A DNA stretch of 32,000 nucleotides from Candidatus Saccharimonadota bacterium. Its GTDB lineage: Bacteria > Patescibacteriota > Patescibacteriia > 2-12-FULL-60-25. The stretch lies in the NCBI GenBank assembly GCA_023898425.1, contig CP060222.1, positions 330,001-362,000 on the forward strand, given 5' to 3'. The notes under the pieces were generated by a model. That model searched no databases, had not been told where the DNA came from, and was given only the letters and a program-made list of their open reading frames with translations. Made by a program: the position numbers and the translations under genes. This document shows positions 16,709 through 25,416 of the stretch, piece by piece (the stretch's first letter is position 1; each line of letters opens with the position of its first letter).

Positions 16709-17062
16709 TTACGCTTTTTTGGTTGTTTTGCGGCTTGCTTTTTTAGGAGCAGCTTTTCTTACCACAGGAGCTTTTTGAGCTACGTCTGTAGGAACGACGT
16801 TTGCGTACTTAGCCATTTTGAGCTGGCCAGTAAAGCGACGTACGCGCTTATTCGTAAAGGATACAAGTCCTGTTGCTACCGCGAATAATGTGTCGTCACT
16901 GCCTTTCATGACATTGAGACCCGGGCGGATAGCTGTTCCGCGTTGGCGGACAATGATGTTGCCTGGTTTTACGTATTCACCTGCATAGCGTTTAACGCCG
17001 AGACGCTGACCTTGAGAATCTCGCAGGTTTTGGGTAGAACCACCGGCCTTTTTTGATGCCAT
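16709..17062 (-). CDS. rpmA: 50S ribosomal protein L27 with a basic C-terminal extension
   Basis: [44 protein letters not shown] tail of about 30 aa rich in K, A and P follows. Confidence 0.93.
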   Translation of the reverse strand: MASKKAGGSTQNLRDSQGQRLGVKRYAGEYVKPGNIIVRQRGTAIRPGLNVMKGSDDTLFAVATGLVSFTNKRVRRFTGQLKMAKYANVVPTDVAQKAPVVRKAAPKKASRKTTKKA

Positions 17063-17118
17063 AAAAGGGTGCTAATAATTAATAATGATGGGCAGAATGA
17101 TACTGAAGTAGCAAAAAC

Positions 17119-17146
17119 TTGTCAAGAAAGCCAAAATCAGTAAAAT
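17119..17146 (+). promoter_or_regulatory. Candidate promoter for the NifU-like gene
   Basis: TTGTCA (17119-17124), a 16-nt spacer, TAAAAT (17141-17146). ATG 17158 lies 11 nt downstream, giving a very short leader. Confidence 0.45.
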
Positions 17147-17157
17147 TAGCTATATCT

Positions 17158-17433
17158 ATGATAAAAACCCAAGAACAGTTTAAAGAAGAGGTTGAAGGTG
17201 TCCTTGAGGTTGTTCGCCAGGGCTTGGCGTTTCACAACGGCAGTGTAGAACTTGTTGATGCTGATCCTGTCACGGGACGGGTAGAAGTGCGTTTTCAGGG
17301 TAACTGCGTCGGTTGTTCGATGGCAGATTTTACCTTCAAAGCCGGTGTAGAAGAGGTGCTATATGAGATGATTCCAGAAGTGAGAGAAGTTGTCTTAGCG
17401 CCCCCAGAAGAATCTATTGAAAAGAGTGCGTAA
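17158..17433 (+). CDS. NifU C-terminal-domain (Nfu-type) Fe-S cluster protein
   Basis: HNGSVELVD...VRFQGNCVGCSM is the CxxC NifU_C signature. The start was moved to ATG 17158 because the track start (TTG 17119) coincides with the -35 box. Confidence 0.8.
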   Translation: MIKTQEQFKEEVEGVLEVVRQGLAFHNGSVELVDADPVTGRVEVRFQGNCVGCSMADFTFKAGVEEVLYEMIPEVREVVLAPPEESIEKSA

Positions 17434-17451
17434 TACCCTTAGAATAGCAGC

Positions 17452-17829
17452 ATGAATTGGAGCACTTGGTTGCTATCCGCAAAGCTCGCGTGGGGAAAGC
17501 CTTTTTTGCGTTGGTCAACAATTATTTCGGTAGCATTATGCTTGGTGACGAGTGGCTTGTTTATCGCAACCGTTCTACCAGAAGCGATTCAAAATAACGC
17601 TTTTGCTTTTCATTATAACGTCTATTTTGGAATCGATGAGGTAAAGACTTGGCTCTGGGTCTTTTTCTTTCCGGGTATTTGGTTTGTGCTCACAATGCTA
17701 GATAGCTTGGTCGCCTACGGCTTTTATCGAACGGATGCTGTACTTGCGAATACAAGTGCGGCGTTAGCACTCGTCTGGGCTTTACCTTGGATGAGTTTTC
17801 TTTTTTATCTCTCTTTACTTAATACATAA
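17452..17829 (+). CDS. Hypothetical integral membrane protein (3-4 TM helices)
   Basis: 125-aa hydrophobic ORF closely followed by mraY. No family recognised. Confidence 0.5.
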   Translation: MNWSTWLLSAKLAWGKPFLRWSTIISVALCLVTSGLFIATVLPEAIQNNAFAFHYNVYFGIDEVKTWLWVFFFPGIWFVLTMLDSLVAYGFYRTDAVLANTSAALALVWALPWMSFLFYLSLLNT

Positions 17830-17852
17830 ACAATCACGCTATCCCGATTACT

Positions 17853-18908
17853 ATGACTATTGAACCTATTTTGCTTGCGCGTACTCTTGTAATTACTGGA
17901 GCGGCTTTTCTTATCTCGGTTATTTCGATGCCGCTCTTAATTAAGTTATTACGCAAGTATAAAATGGGTAAGTCTATTCGTGCAGCAGAGAATGCTCCGA
18001 TCATGGCATCGATGCATAAGGCAAAGGCCGGCACACCTACCATGGGTGGTATTGTGATTTGGGCAACGGTGCTTGTCCTTGTGCTTGGTTTAGCTGGCGC
18101 CTGTTCATTATTTGGCGAAAACTCACTCGCTTGCCAAATGAACTTTTTGTCTCGTGGTCAAACCTGGTTGCCGCTTGGTTTAATGTTTGGTGCAGCACTC
18201 ATTGGCTTGGTGGATGACTATCTAAACATTTTACGCATTGGTTCTAAAGGAGGTGGTTTACGCGAACGCGAACGCATCATTTCCTATGGTCTTATTGCTG
18301 TTGTTGGTGCTTTATGGTTTTTCTTAAAGCTCGGTTGGGATTATTTTCATATTCCGTTTATTGGAACGTTTGAGATTGGTTGGTACTACGTGCCATTCTT
18401 TATTCTTGTTATTATCTCTACATCACACTCGGTCAATGTTACAGACGGTCTTGATGGTTTAGCGGGTGGAATTTTGCTTTCATCTTTTGGTGCTTTTTCT
18501 ATCATTGCTTGGTCACAAGGACTCTATGATATTGCCACGTTATGTGGTGCGATTTGTGGAGCTCTCTTAGGCTTTCTTTGGTACAATATCAACCCTGCCG
18601 ATGTCTTTATGGGGGATACAGGTGCCATGTCACTAGGAACAACACTTGGTGTGATTGCCTTACTCACGAATCAGCCGTTGCTTTTACTTGTTATTGGACT
18701 TCCGTATGTTGTTGAGAGTTTGTCTGTTATCATTCAGCTTACGAGCAAAAAACTTCGTAATGGCAAAAAAGTATTTAAAGTAGCTCCTATTCATCATCAT
18801 TTTGAAGCTATTGGTTGGAGTGAACCTCGTGTCGTGATGAGGTTTTGGATGATCTCATTTGTGATGGCAGGTATCGGTATTATTTTAGGTCTCCTCGATA
18901 AAACGTAA
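17853..18908 (+). CDS. mraY: Phospho-N-acetylmuramoyl-pentapeptide transferase MraY
   Basis: GTPTMGG, VDDYLNI, NVTDGLDGLAGG, NPADVFMGDTGAMSLG, APIHHHFE. Confidence 0.93.
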   Translation: MTIEPILLARTLVITGAAFLISVISMPLLIKLLRKYKMGKSIRAAENAPIMASMHKAKAGTPTMGGIVIWATVLVLVLGLAGACSLFGENSLACQMNFLSRGQTWLPLGLMFGAALIGLVDDYLNILRIGSKGGGLRERERIISYGLIAVVGALWFFLKLGWDYFHIPFIGTFEIGWYYVPFFILVIISTSHSVNVTDGLDGLAGGILLSSFGAFSIIAWSQGLYDIATLCGAICGALLGFLWYNINPADVFMGDTGAMSLGTTLGVIALLTNQPLLLLVIGLPYVVESLSVIIQLTSKKLRNGKKVFKVAPIHHHFEAIGWSEPRVVMRFWMISFVMAGIGIILGLLDKT

Positions 18909-18913
18909 TTTAC

Positions 18914-20062
18914 ATGAGAACACCGTCGTTACTTGATCGTTTACGATCTCTAGACCCGATCATCGTCGGAGCGACGGCGTTTTTGTTGATTGTCGGTTTA
19001 GCAATCCTCATGTCTGCTACAGGTCCAATCGCTTTTCAGCGCTGGCAAGATAGCTTGCATATGGTGAAGCGTCAGCTTGTACTGGGTGTCTTTCCGGGAA
19101 TACTTGCTTTCTTGTTATTTTCTCTCATTGATTTTCGTATTTGGAAGCGGCTCGCTGTTTTTGGTTTTATAGGCAGCCTTGTATTGTTGCTCGCTGTCTA
19201 TACGCCGCTTGGTGTAAGGGTAGGTGGATCATTAAGTTGGCTTAATATTGCTGGTATCCAATTTCAACCGTCGGAGTTTGTAAAATTTGGTCTGCTCCTT
19301 TACTTCGCCGCATGGTTATCGTCGCGCACAGCTAAACAAGTCAAAGATTTACACGAGGGACTTCTGCCGTTTATCGGTTCATTGGGCGCTATTGTGTTGT
19401 TGCTTATCGTGCAGCCTGATACAGGTTCTATGGTGGTGATTGCAGGGATGTCAGGCATGATGTACCTCTTGTCTGGTGCGCCACTCTGGTGGTTTGGAGC
19501 ACTCGGTACTTCTGGCGTTGGTTTAGTTTGGTTATTGATCAAAACATCCGAGTATCGTGCAGCGCGTTTTATGACGTTTTTGCATCCGGAGCTTGATCCT
19601 CAAGGCATTGGTTATCACATCAATCAAGCCATGCTGGCTATCGGCTCTGGTGGATGGTTTGGTCTAGGTTACGGCAAGTCACGTCAAAAGTTTCTTTATT
19701 TACCAGCTGTTGAATCGGACTCCATCTTTGCTGTGATGGCTGAGGAGTTGGGGCTCATTTTTTGCAGCGTTGTGCTTGCGGTTATTGGTGTATTGGTGTG
19801 GCGTTGTTTTCAAATTTCGAAACAATCGAATGATAGTTTTGCAAAATATCTTTCTGCTGGAGTTGGTATTTGGATTGCCCTACAAACAGTCATTAATATT
19901 TTTTCGATGCTTGGATTAATGCCGATGACAGGTGTTACGCTTCCTTTTATCTCTTACGGTGGTACTTCTTTGACGGTTTTACTTGCTGCTATCGGCTTGG
20001 TAGCTTCTTTGCCAAGAAACGCCTCTTCAAGAGGAGTTGATCTGTTAAAAAAACGACTATGA
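18914..20062 (+). CDS. ftsW: SEDS-family peptidoglycan glycosyltransferase FtsW
   Basis: FQPSEFVK, QPDTGS, GYGKSRQKFLYLPAVESDSIFAV and PFISYGGTS motifs. It sits between mraY and murG. Confidence 0.9.
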   Translation: MRTPSLLDRLRSLDPIIVGATAFLLIVGLAILMSATGPIAFQRWQDSLHMVKRQLVLGVFPGILAFLLFSLIDFRIWKRLAVFGFIGSLVLLLAVYTPLGVRVGGSLSWLNIAGIQFQPSEFVKFGLLLYFAAWLSSRTAKQVKDLHEGLLPFIGSLGAIVLLLIVQPDTGSMVVIAGMSGMMYLLSGAPLWWFGALGTSGVGLVWLLIKTSEYRAARFMTFLHPELDPQGIGYHINQAMLAIGSGGWFGLGYGKSRQKFLYLPAVESDSIFAVMAEELGLIFCSVVLAVIGVLVWRCFQISKQSNDSFAKYLSAGVGIWIALQTVINIFSMLGLMPMTGVTLPFISYGGTSLTVLLAAIGLVASLPRNASSRGVDLLKKRL

Positions 20063-21171
20063 AATACGCATTTGTAGGAGGGGGGACGATGGGACCGGTT
20101 ACGCCACTCATCGCCGTATACCAAACGCTTAAGTCGCGTGAGGCTCAAGCAGAGTTCTGTTGGTTTGGCACCCCAAACGGCCCAGAAAAGCCCGTAATTT
20201 TGGCGCACAGCATCCCATTTTATGCTATTTCTGTGGCAAAATTTCCTAGGTATCCTTCAAAGCAATGGCTAACATGGCCATTTGATCTGTATCGCGCCTA
20301 TTCTGAAGCCAAAAAATATTTAAAAAATGAACGACCAAGTATCGTTATCGGTGCTGGTGGCTTTACGGCTTTTCCTGTTTCATTGGCGGCTCGTTCATTA
20401 AAGATTCCGGTCTTCTTACATCAACTTGATGTACATCCTAGCTTAACCAATAAGCTTATCGCTCCGTTTGCTTCTCGGATCACCACTTCGTTTTCCTATA
20501 AAAAATCGCCTTTCTTTACGAAGGCTTCTATTCACACAATCGCAACTCCCGTTCGTGATATGGGAGAAGAGATGTCTAAAGAGGTGGCTGCAACGTATTT
20601 TGCTTTAGATGCAACAAGGCCTACTGTATTGATTATTGGAGGCGGTACGGGTGCACAAGCAATAAACGACGCTTTTTTACAAAAAAAAGATACTTGGTTT
20701 AAAGATATGCAAGTAATACATGTTGCTGGCAAAGGAAAAAAAGCCGACGACTCATCTTATGAGTTTTTAGATGCTGAACGCATGCTTGCTGCTTATACAC
20801 TAGCCGATGTGGTTGTGACTCGTGCTGGTATGGGTTCTTTGTCAGAAATTGTTTCGTTGCAAAAGCCCAGTGTTATTGTGCCGATACCGTCTTCTCAACA
20901 AGAGGCAAATGCTCAGGTATTTGCAGACGCTGACGCGGCTATTGTTTTACATCAACAAGATGAGGGTTTTGCTTCTTTGTTGCATGCTTGTGTTTTAGCT
21001 CTTATTCAACAACCAAAAGATGCAAAGATGCTTACCGATCAATATTCAAAAGTCATGAAAGCTGATCACGGTGAGGCTTTTGTTCAGCAGCTAGAGACTT
21101 TTTACAATAACCTATGCATACACTATCAACGTTCAAAGATGTTTTTGATACGAGACTTGAGAAATATCTAG
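20059..21171 (+). CDS. murG: UDP-GlcNAc:lipid I N-acetylglucosaminyltransferase MurG
   Basis: GGGTMGPVTPLIAV, IGAGGFTAFPV, GGGTGAQAIN, TRAGMGSLSE. Its start overlaps the ftsW stop in an ATGA. The last 58 nt overlap the next gene. Confidence 0.88.
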   Translation: MKYAFVGGGTMGPVTPLIAVYQTLKSREAQAEFCWFGTPNGPEKPVILAHSIPFYAISVAKFPRYPSKQWLTWPFDLYRAYSEAKKYLKNERPSIVIGAGGFTAFPVSLAARSLKIPVFLHQLDVHPSLTNKLIAPFASRITTSFSYKKSPFFTKASIHTIATPVRDMGEEMSKEVAATYFALDATRPTVLIIGGGTGAQAINDAFLQKKDTWFKDMQVIHVAGKGKKADDSSYEFLDAERMLAAYTLADVVVTRAGMGSLSEIVSLQKPSVIVPIPSSQQEANAQVFADADAAIVLHQQDEGFASLLHACVLALIQQPKDAKMLTDQYSKVMKADHGEAFVQQLETFYNNLCIHYQRSKMFLIRDLRNI

Positions 21172-22178
21172 ACAGTAAATTAGCGCAACTCAAAAAACAG
21201 GTTGATGATAAAACGATTAATGACCTCTTTTCTCATACAAAAAGATCGTGATGAATGGTGGTAAGCGTGTACGACCTTACATGGCCGCCTTAAGCTTTGA
21301 AGCCTATGGCGGCAAATTAAATGAGTCTGTCTGGAGAGTGTTGTTAGGCATTGAGTTATTTCATGCTTTCGCTCTTGTGCATGATGATATTATGGATTTA
21401 GGCACGGATAGACATGGGACGCCAACCATTCATGAATTTGCAAAACAAACCTTTAAGAAACAAAAACGTATTGGTGATCTTCAGCATATTAGTCAGTCAC
21501 ATGGGATTTTGATCGGTGATATGCTTTTCGTTTGGGCCAATGAATGTATTTTTAATCAATCAAAACTTGATCGAAATATTTTGATTGCATTACAACAAAT
21601 TTATACCGAAATGAATCAAGAGGTAATGCTTGGGCAAATGCTTGATGTAGATGGTATGGCTCGAGCAACAGTAGATGACTCGCATGTCTTGCTAAAAACC
21701 TCAATGAAAACAGCCGGATATACCTTCGTCCAACCTTTAAGAATGGGATGGGCATTGGCAGGATCTCCGAAAAAATTCGCGTCATTTGCAGAGTCATTTG
21801 GTCGACCACTAGGCATTGCTTTTCAGATTCAAGATGACTTGCTCGATCTTATAGGGACGGCTGAAGAGCTGGGTAAGCAGCCATTCTCCGATTTGCGCGA
21901 TGGCCAACATACGCTTTTTTTCGCAATACATTTTTACAAACGGAACAAAGAAACAGAAAGAAACCTTGCGAAGCTTCATGCGCTCATCCATTGATAAAAA
22001 GAACGCTGAGAGTGTTTTTGCTCTTTTTGAGGAAAGTGGGGCATTTGAGATGATTACAAAAAAGATGAATGATTATTTTAAAAAAGCAGAAAAAGCAATT
22101 CGTCTTTCTGGATTGAGTATAGAAAAACAAAAAGGATTCATTGAGCTCTATGAGAAAATCTGTTCTCGTATAAGTTAA
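21114..22178 (+). pseudogene. trans-Polyprenyl diphosphate synthase (GGPP/FPP synthase, CrtE-like), two frameshifts as assembled
   Basis: Three pieces. Piece 1 is MHTLSTFKDVFDTRLEKYL... (21114-21251, frame 0). Piece 2 is ORF 21248-21994 (GGKRVRP, FARM LVHDDIMDLGTDRHG, SARM FQIQDDLLD). Piece 3 is ORF 21900-22178. Lengthening the A5 run at 21239-21243 to A6 and shortening the T7 run at 21915-21921 to T6 restores one protein of about 354 aa. Confidence 0.8.
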
Positions 22179-22179
22179 T

Positions 22180-23037
22180 ATGACGTTAGAGCAAGCCTAT
22201 AAAGAGTGTTCACGCATTCAAAAAAAACACGGCAAAAGTTATTTTTTTGCTACGCTCTTTTTTCAAAAAAAGCAAAGAAAGGCGGTGAACGCGCTCTATG
22301 CTTTTTTTCGCTTGCCAGATGAGATGGTAGACACAGAGACGCCAGAAAAAGCAGATGTTCTCCTCGAGCAATGGGAAGCTGATTGGATGGCGTGCATGAA
22401 TGGGGCTGAGACAACGCATCCTGTCTTGATGGCAACAAGAGATGTTTTTTTTAAGTATGATATTCCAATGCAATACGCTTCGGATTTTTTAGCGGCCATG
22501 CGACAAGATCTTACTAAGACGCGCTACGAAGACTATCCTTCGTTACAGGGCTATATGTATGGGTCTGCGGTCGTTGTGGGGCTTATGATGGTCTATATTA
22601 TTGGTTGGATAAAAGACACGACCTTTGATCAAGTGCAACAGCCCGCTGCTGCATTAGGTGAGGCGATGCAATTAACCAATTTTATTCGCGATATTGGCGA
22701 AGATTTTCGCTTGCGTGGACGTATTTATATGCCGCTAGATGAGCTGCGGACATTTCATCTAACAGAGAAAGACATTGAGCAAGCGTCTATGAGTCAAAAT
22801 ATGGTAGAATTTTTACAATGGCAAATCGCTCGTGCGGATGAGTTGTATGAAGAGGCGAATAAGGGGATTGCTCTATTGAATAAAGAAGGGAGACTACCAG
22901 TAAGGCTGGCCAGTGACCTTTATCGGTTTATTTTACGTAAGATTGAGCAAAATCAGTACGATGTTTTTACAAAGCGCGCAAAAACATCATTAACAGAAAA
23001 AATAAAAACGATTCCGTTATCAATGCTTTATGTCTAA
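22180..23037 (+). CDS. crtB: Phytoene/dehydrosqualene synthase family protein (CrtB/CrtM-like)
   Basis: SYFFATLFF, YAFFRLPDEMVD (first Asp-rich motif) and QLTNFIRDIGEDFRLRGRIYMP (second motif). Confidence 0.85.
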   Translation: MTLEQAYKECSRIQKKHGKSYFFATLFFQKKQRKAVNALYAFFRLPDEMVDTETPEKADVLLEQWEADWMACMNGAETTHPVLMATRDVFFKYDIPMQYASDFLAAMRQDLTKTRYEDYPSLQGYMYGSAVVVGLMMVYIIGWIKDTTFDQVQQPAAALGEAMQLTNFIRDIGEDFRLRGRIYMPLDELRTFHLTEKDIEQASMSQNMVEFLQWQIARADELYEEANKGIALLNKEGRLPVRLASDLYRFILRKIEQNQYDVFTKRAKTSLTEKIKTIPLSMLYV

Positions 23038-24553
23038 ACATGTTGTTATTATCGGTTCTGGATTAGGTGGTCTTGCGACAGCTGCCTTATTAGCAAAGTC
23101 CGGTTTACGCGTAACGGTTCTCGAAAAAAACGAGCAACTAGGAGGTCGTGCAAGTATTCTTGAAAAAGAAGGGTTTCGATTTGATATGGGACCATCTTGG
23201 TACCTCATGCCCGATATTTTTGAGCATACTTTTTCGTTACTTGGCGAAAAACTCGAAGACTATCTAGATCTTGTGCGATTAGACCCGTCTTATCGCGTGT
23301 ATTTTAAAGATGAGGCTGTCGCGCCTGTTGATTTACGCTCTATCGTAGAAGAAGACAAAAAGATTTACGAACAACTTGAGTCAGGGTCTTCGTCAAAGTT
23401 AGATGAGTATCTCAAAAGATCAAAATATCAATACGAAGTGTCCAAAAAAGATTTTTTGTATGGAAATATTGATTCACCTTTGGATTTTTTTACCCCACAA
23501 CTATTGTTAGAGGGTACAAAGCTTTCAGTATTCCAGACCATGGATACGTATGTGAAGCGTTGGTTTTCGTCACCATTTGTTCAAAAGCTCTTGCAATATC
23601 CGCTCGTCTTTTTAGGTAATTCACCGTTTAATGCTCCTGCTATCTACAGCATGATGACGCATATCGATACGGAGTTAGGAGTATTTTATCCAAAAGGCGG
23701 TATCTATGAGATCACGAAATCACTCGTGGCTATCGGCAAAAAATATGGCGTTGAATACCGTGTGAACACAGCAGTAAAACGGATTCTGGTAGAAGGACGT
23801 GAAGCGAAGGGTGTACAACTAGAAGATGGTTCAGAGATTGCAGCTGATATGGTTGTCTCTAATGCGGATCTTGAGTTTACGGACAGAGTTTTACTTGGAG
23901 AAGAGCACCGTCAACACTCTGACCGCTACTGGAACAAGCGTACACTGGCTCCTTCGGCGTTTATTGCTTATTTAGGTATCAATGGTCGTGTAAAAGGACT
24001 TGAGCACCACACGCTCGTTTTCGCTAAAGACTGGAAAGAAAACTTTCGTCAGATCTTTGATCAACCGGTATGGCCTACGGATCCTTCTTTTTATGTATGC
24101 ACGCCATCAAAGACTGATGATACGGTTGCACCTCCTGATCACGAAAATATGTTCCTCCTCGTTCCTGTTGCGGCTGGCTTAGAGGATACACTCGAAATAC
24201 GTGAAGCCTATCTACAAAAGATACTTGCGACGATTGAAGAGCAAACGGGAGAAACACATTTAGCAGAACGAATAGTTGTAAAAGAACTTTTTAGTATTCG
24301 TGATTTTGAAAAACGTTACAATAGCTATCGTGGAACAGCGCTAGGACTTGCGCATACCTTGCTTCAGACAGCTTGGTTCCGTCCCAAAACAAAACATTCA
24401 AAGATTGATAATCTTTACTTTGTCGGTGCTGGTGCACAACCGGGTATCGGAATGCCGATGGTACTTATTAGCGCTGAGTTGATTGTAAAGCGCTTAATGA
24501 AAGATACGTCCATGCAGGCACTCACAAAGCTACCGGATTTATCAAATCTCTAA
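23030..24553 (+). CDS. crtI: Phytoene desaturase family protein (CrtI/CrtN-like)
   Basis: FAD fingerprint VVIIGSGLGGLATAALLAKSGLRVTVLEKNEQLGGRA and C-terminal YFVGAGAQPGIGMPMV. It overlaps crtB by 8 nt. Confidence 0.88.
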   Translation: MSKHVVIIGSGLGGLATAALLAKSGLRVTVLEKNEQLGGRASILEKEGFRFDMGPSWYLMPDIFEHTFSLLGEKLEDYLDLVRLDPSYRVYFKDEAVAPVDLRSIVEEDKKIYEQLESGSSSKLDEYLKRSKYQYEVSKKDFLYGNIDSPLDFFTPQLLLEGTKLSVFQTMDTYVKRWFSSPFVQKLLQYPLVFLGNSPFNAPAIYSMMTHIDTELGVFYPKGGIYEITKSLVAIGKKYGVEYRVNTAVKRILVEGREAKGVQLEDGSEIAADMVVSNADLEFTDRVLLGEEHRQHSDRYWNKRTLAPSAFIAYLGINGRVKGLEHHTLVFAKDWKENFRQIFDQPVWPTDPSFYVCTPSKTDDTVAPPDHENMFLLVPVAAGLEDTLEIREAYLQKILATIEEQTGETHLAERIVVKELFSIRDFEKRYNSYRGTALGLAHTLLQTAWFRPKTKHSKIDNLYFVGAGAQPGIGMPMVLISAELIVKRLMKDTSMQALTKLPDLSNL

Positions 24554-25380
24554 CGAAGAAAAGCGGCGACAAAAAATAGGAGCGCTCCAAAAAGAGTATT
24601 AATGATCGGAAAATAGCGATAGTTTTTTGTGAGTAATAGGTCACCGTCTTTATAGCTCTTCGCCATCATAAAGACATAAGCTATTCCAGCAACAAAGCCG
24701 AATAGCGGACTCAAAGGAATGATGAGTAGCGCGGCCATCGCATAAAGAAAAAGACAAAAAAGGACGGTATATCTCCAGCCAAGCTTGGTTGCGATGGTTT
24801 GTAATCCTGCTTTTGTATCAGCTTCAATATCAGGAGCAGCGCTATAGGCATGCATCGCCATACACCAAAGCGTTGCCGCGATAAGAATCGAAGAGTTCCA
24901 AAGAGTACCTCCTCCAAGCGCGTAGGCAAAAAAGCCTGGCAAAGCGTAGAGAATATTAGAGGCGCTATCAAAGAATGGGCGTACTTTAAAGCGTAGTGGC
25001 GGTGACGAGTAAAAGAGACCCAAAAAGAGAAAGCTAAGAATGAGAGCAAGAGGTAATGCCGATAATCCAAGAAAAAGAAGGAAGAAGGGGAGATGCGCGA
25101 TAGCAATGAGAGTGCCTATAAAATTTCGTCTATCTGGCGGGACAAGTGCTTCGTAATCTTGTTTTTTTGCATTTAAAACATCCGTTTCATAATCAAAGCA
25201 GTCATTAAATCCATAAATAAAGATATTTGCTGGATAGGTAAAATAAAGGAGCCAGGGCCAGAGTTGCCAAGGAATGACGCCCGTTTGTCGATAGAGGAGC
25301 GCTGCACCAATAAGAAAAGGGCCAAGAAGATAAATCCAAAATCTCGGTCTTGATACTTTGAGCCAAAAGGGGAGCTTCAT
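24550..25380 (-). CDS. UbiA-superfamily prenyltransferase, lycopene-elongase-like by context
   Basis: About 8 TM helices. The Asp-rich motifs are NDCFDYETD and PDIEAD. Its stop codon overlaps the crtI stop by 4 nt on the opposite strand. The start is probably ATG 25380; the track uses TTG 25386. Confidence 0.8.
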   Translation of the reverse strand: MKLPFWLKVSRPRFWIYLLGPFLIGAALLYRQTGVIPWQLWPWLLYFTYPANIFIYGFNDCFDYETDVLNAKKQDYEALVPPDRRNFIGTLIAIAHLPFFLLFLGLSALPLALILSFLFLGLFYSSPPLRFKVRPFFDSASNILYALPGFFAYALGGGTLWNSSILIAATLWCMAMHAYSAAPDIEADTKAGLQTIATKLGWRYTVLFCLFLYAMAALLIIPLSPLFGFVAGIAYVFMMAKSYKDGDLLLTKNYRYFPIINTLFGALLFFVAAFLR

Positions 25381-25416
25381 GGTCAAAGCGTAGCATGTTG
25401 GCTATCATTTTGTCTT

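Noticed and set aside
18262-18275. Short tandem repeat cgcgaacgcgaacgc inside mraY.
   Set aside because: It is only two and a half copies of a hexamer encoding RERE within an intact, conserved gene, so there is no evidence of function.
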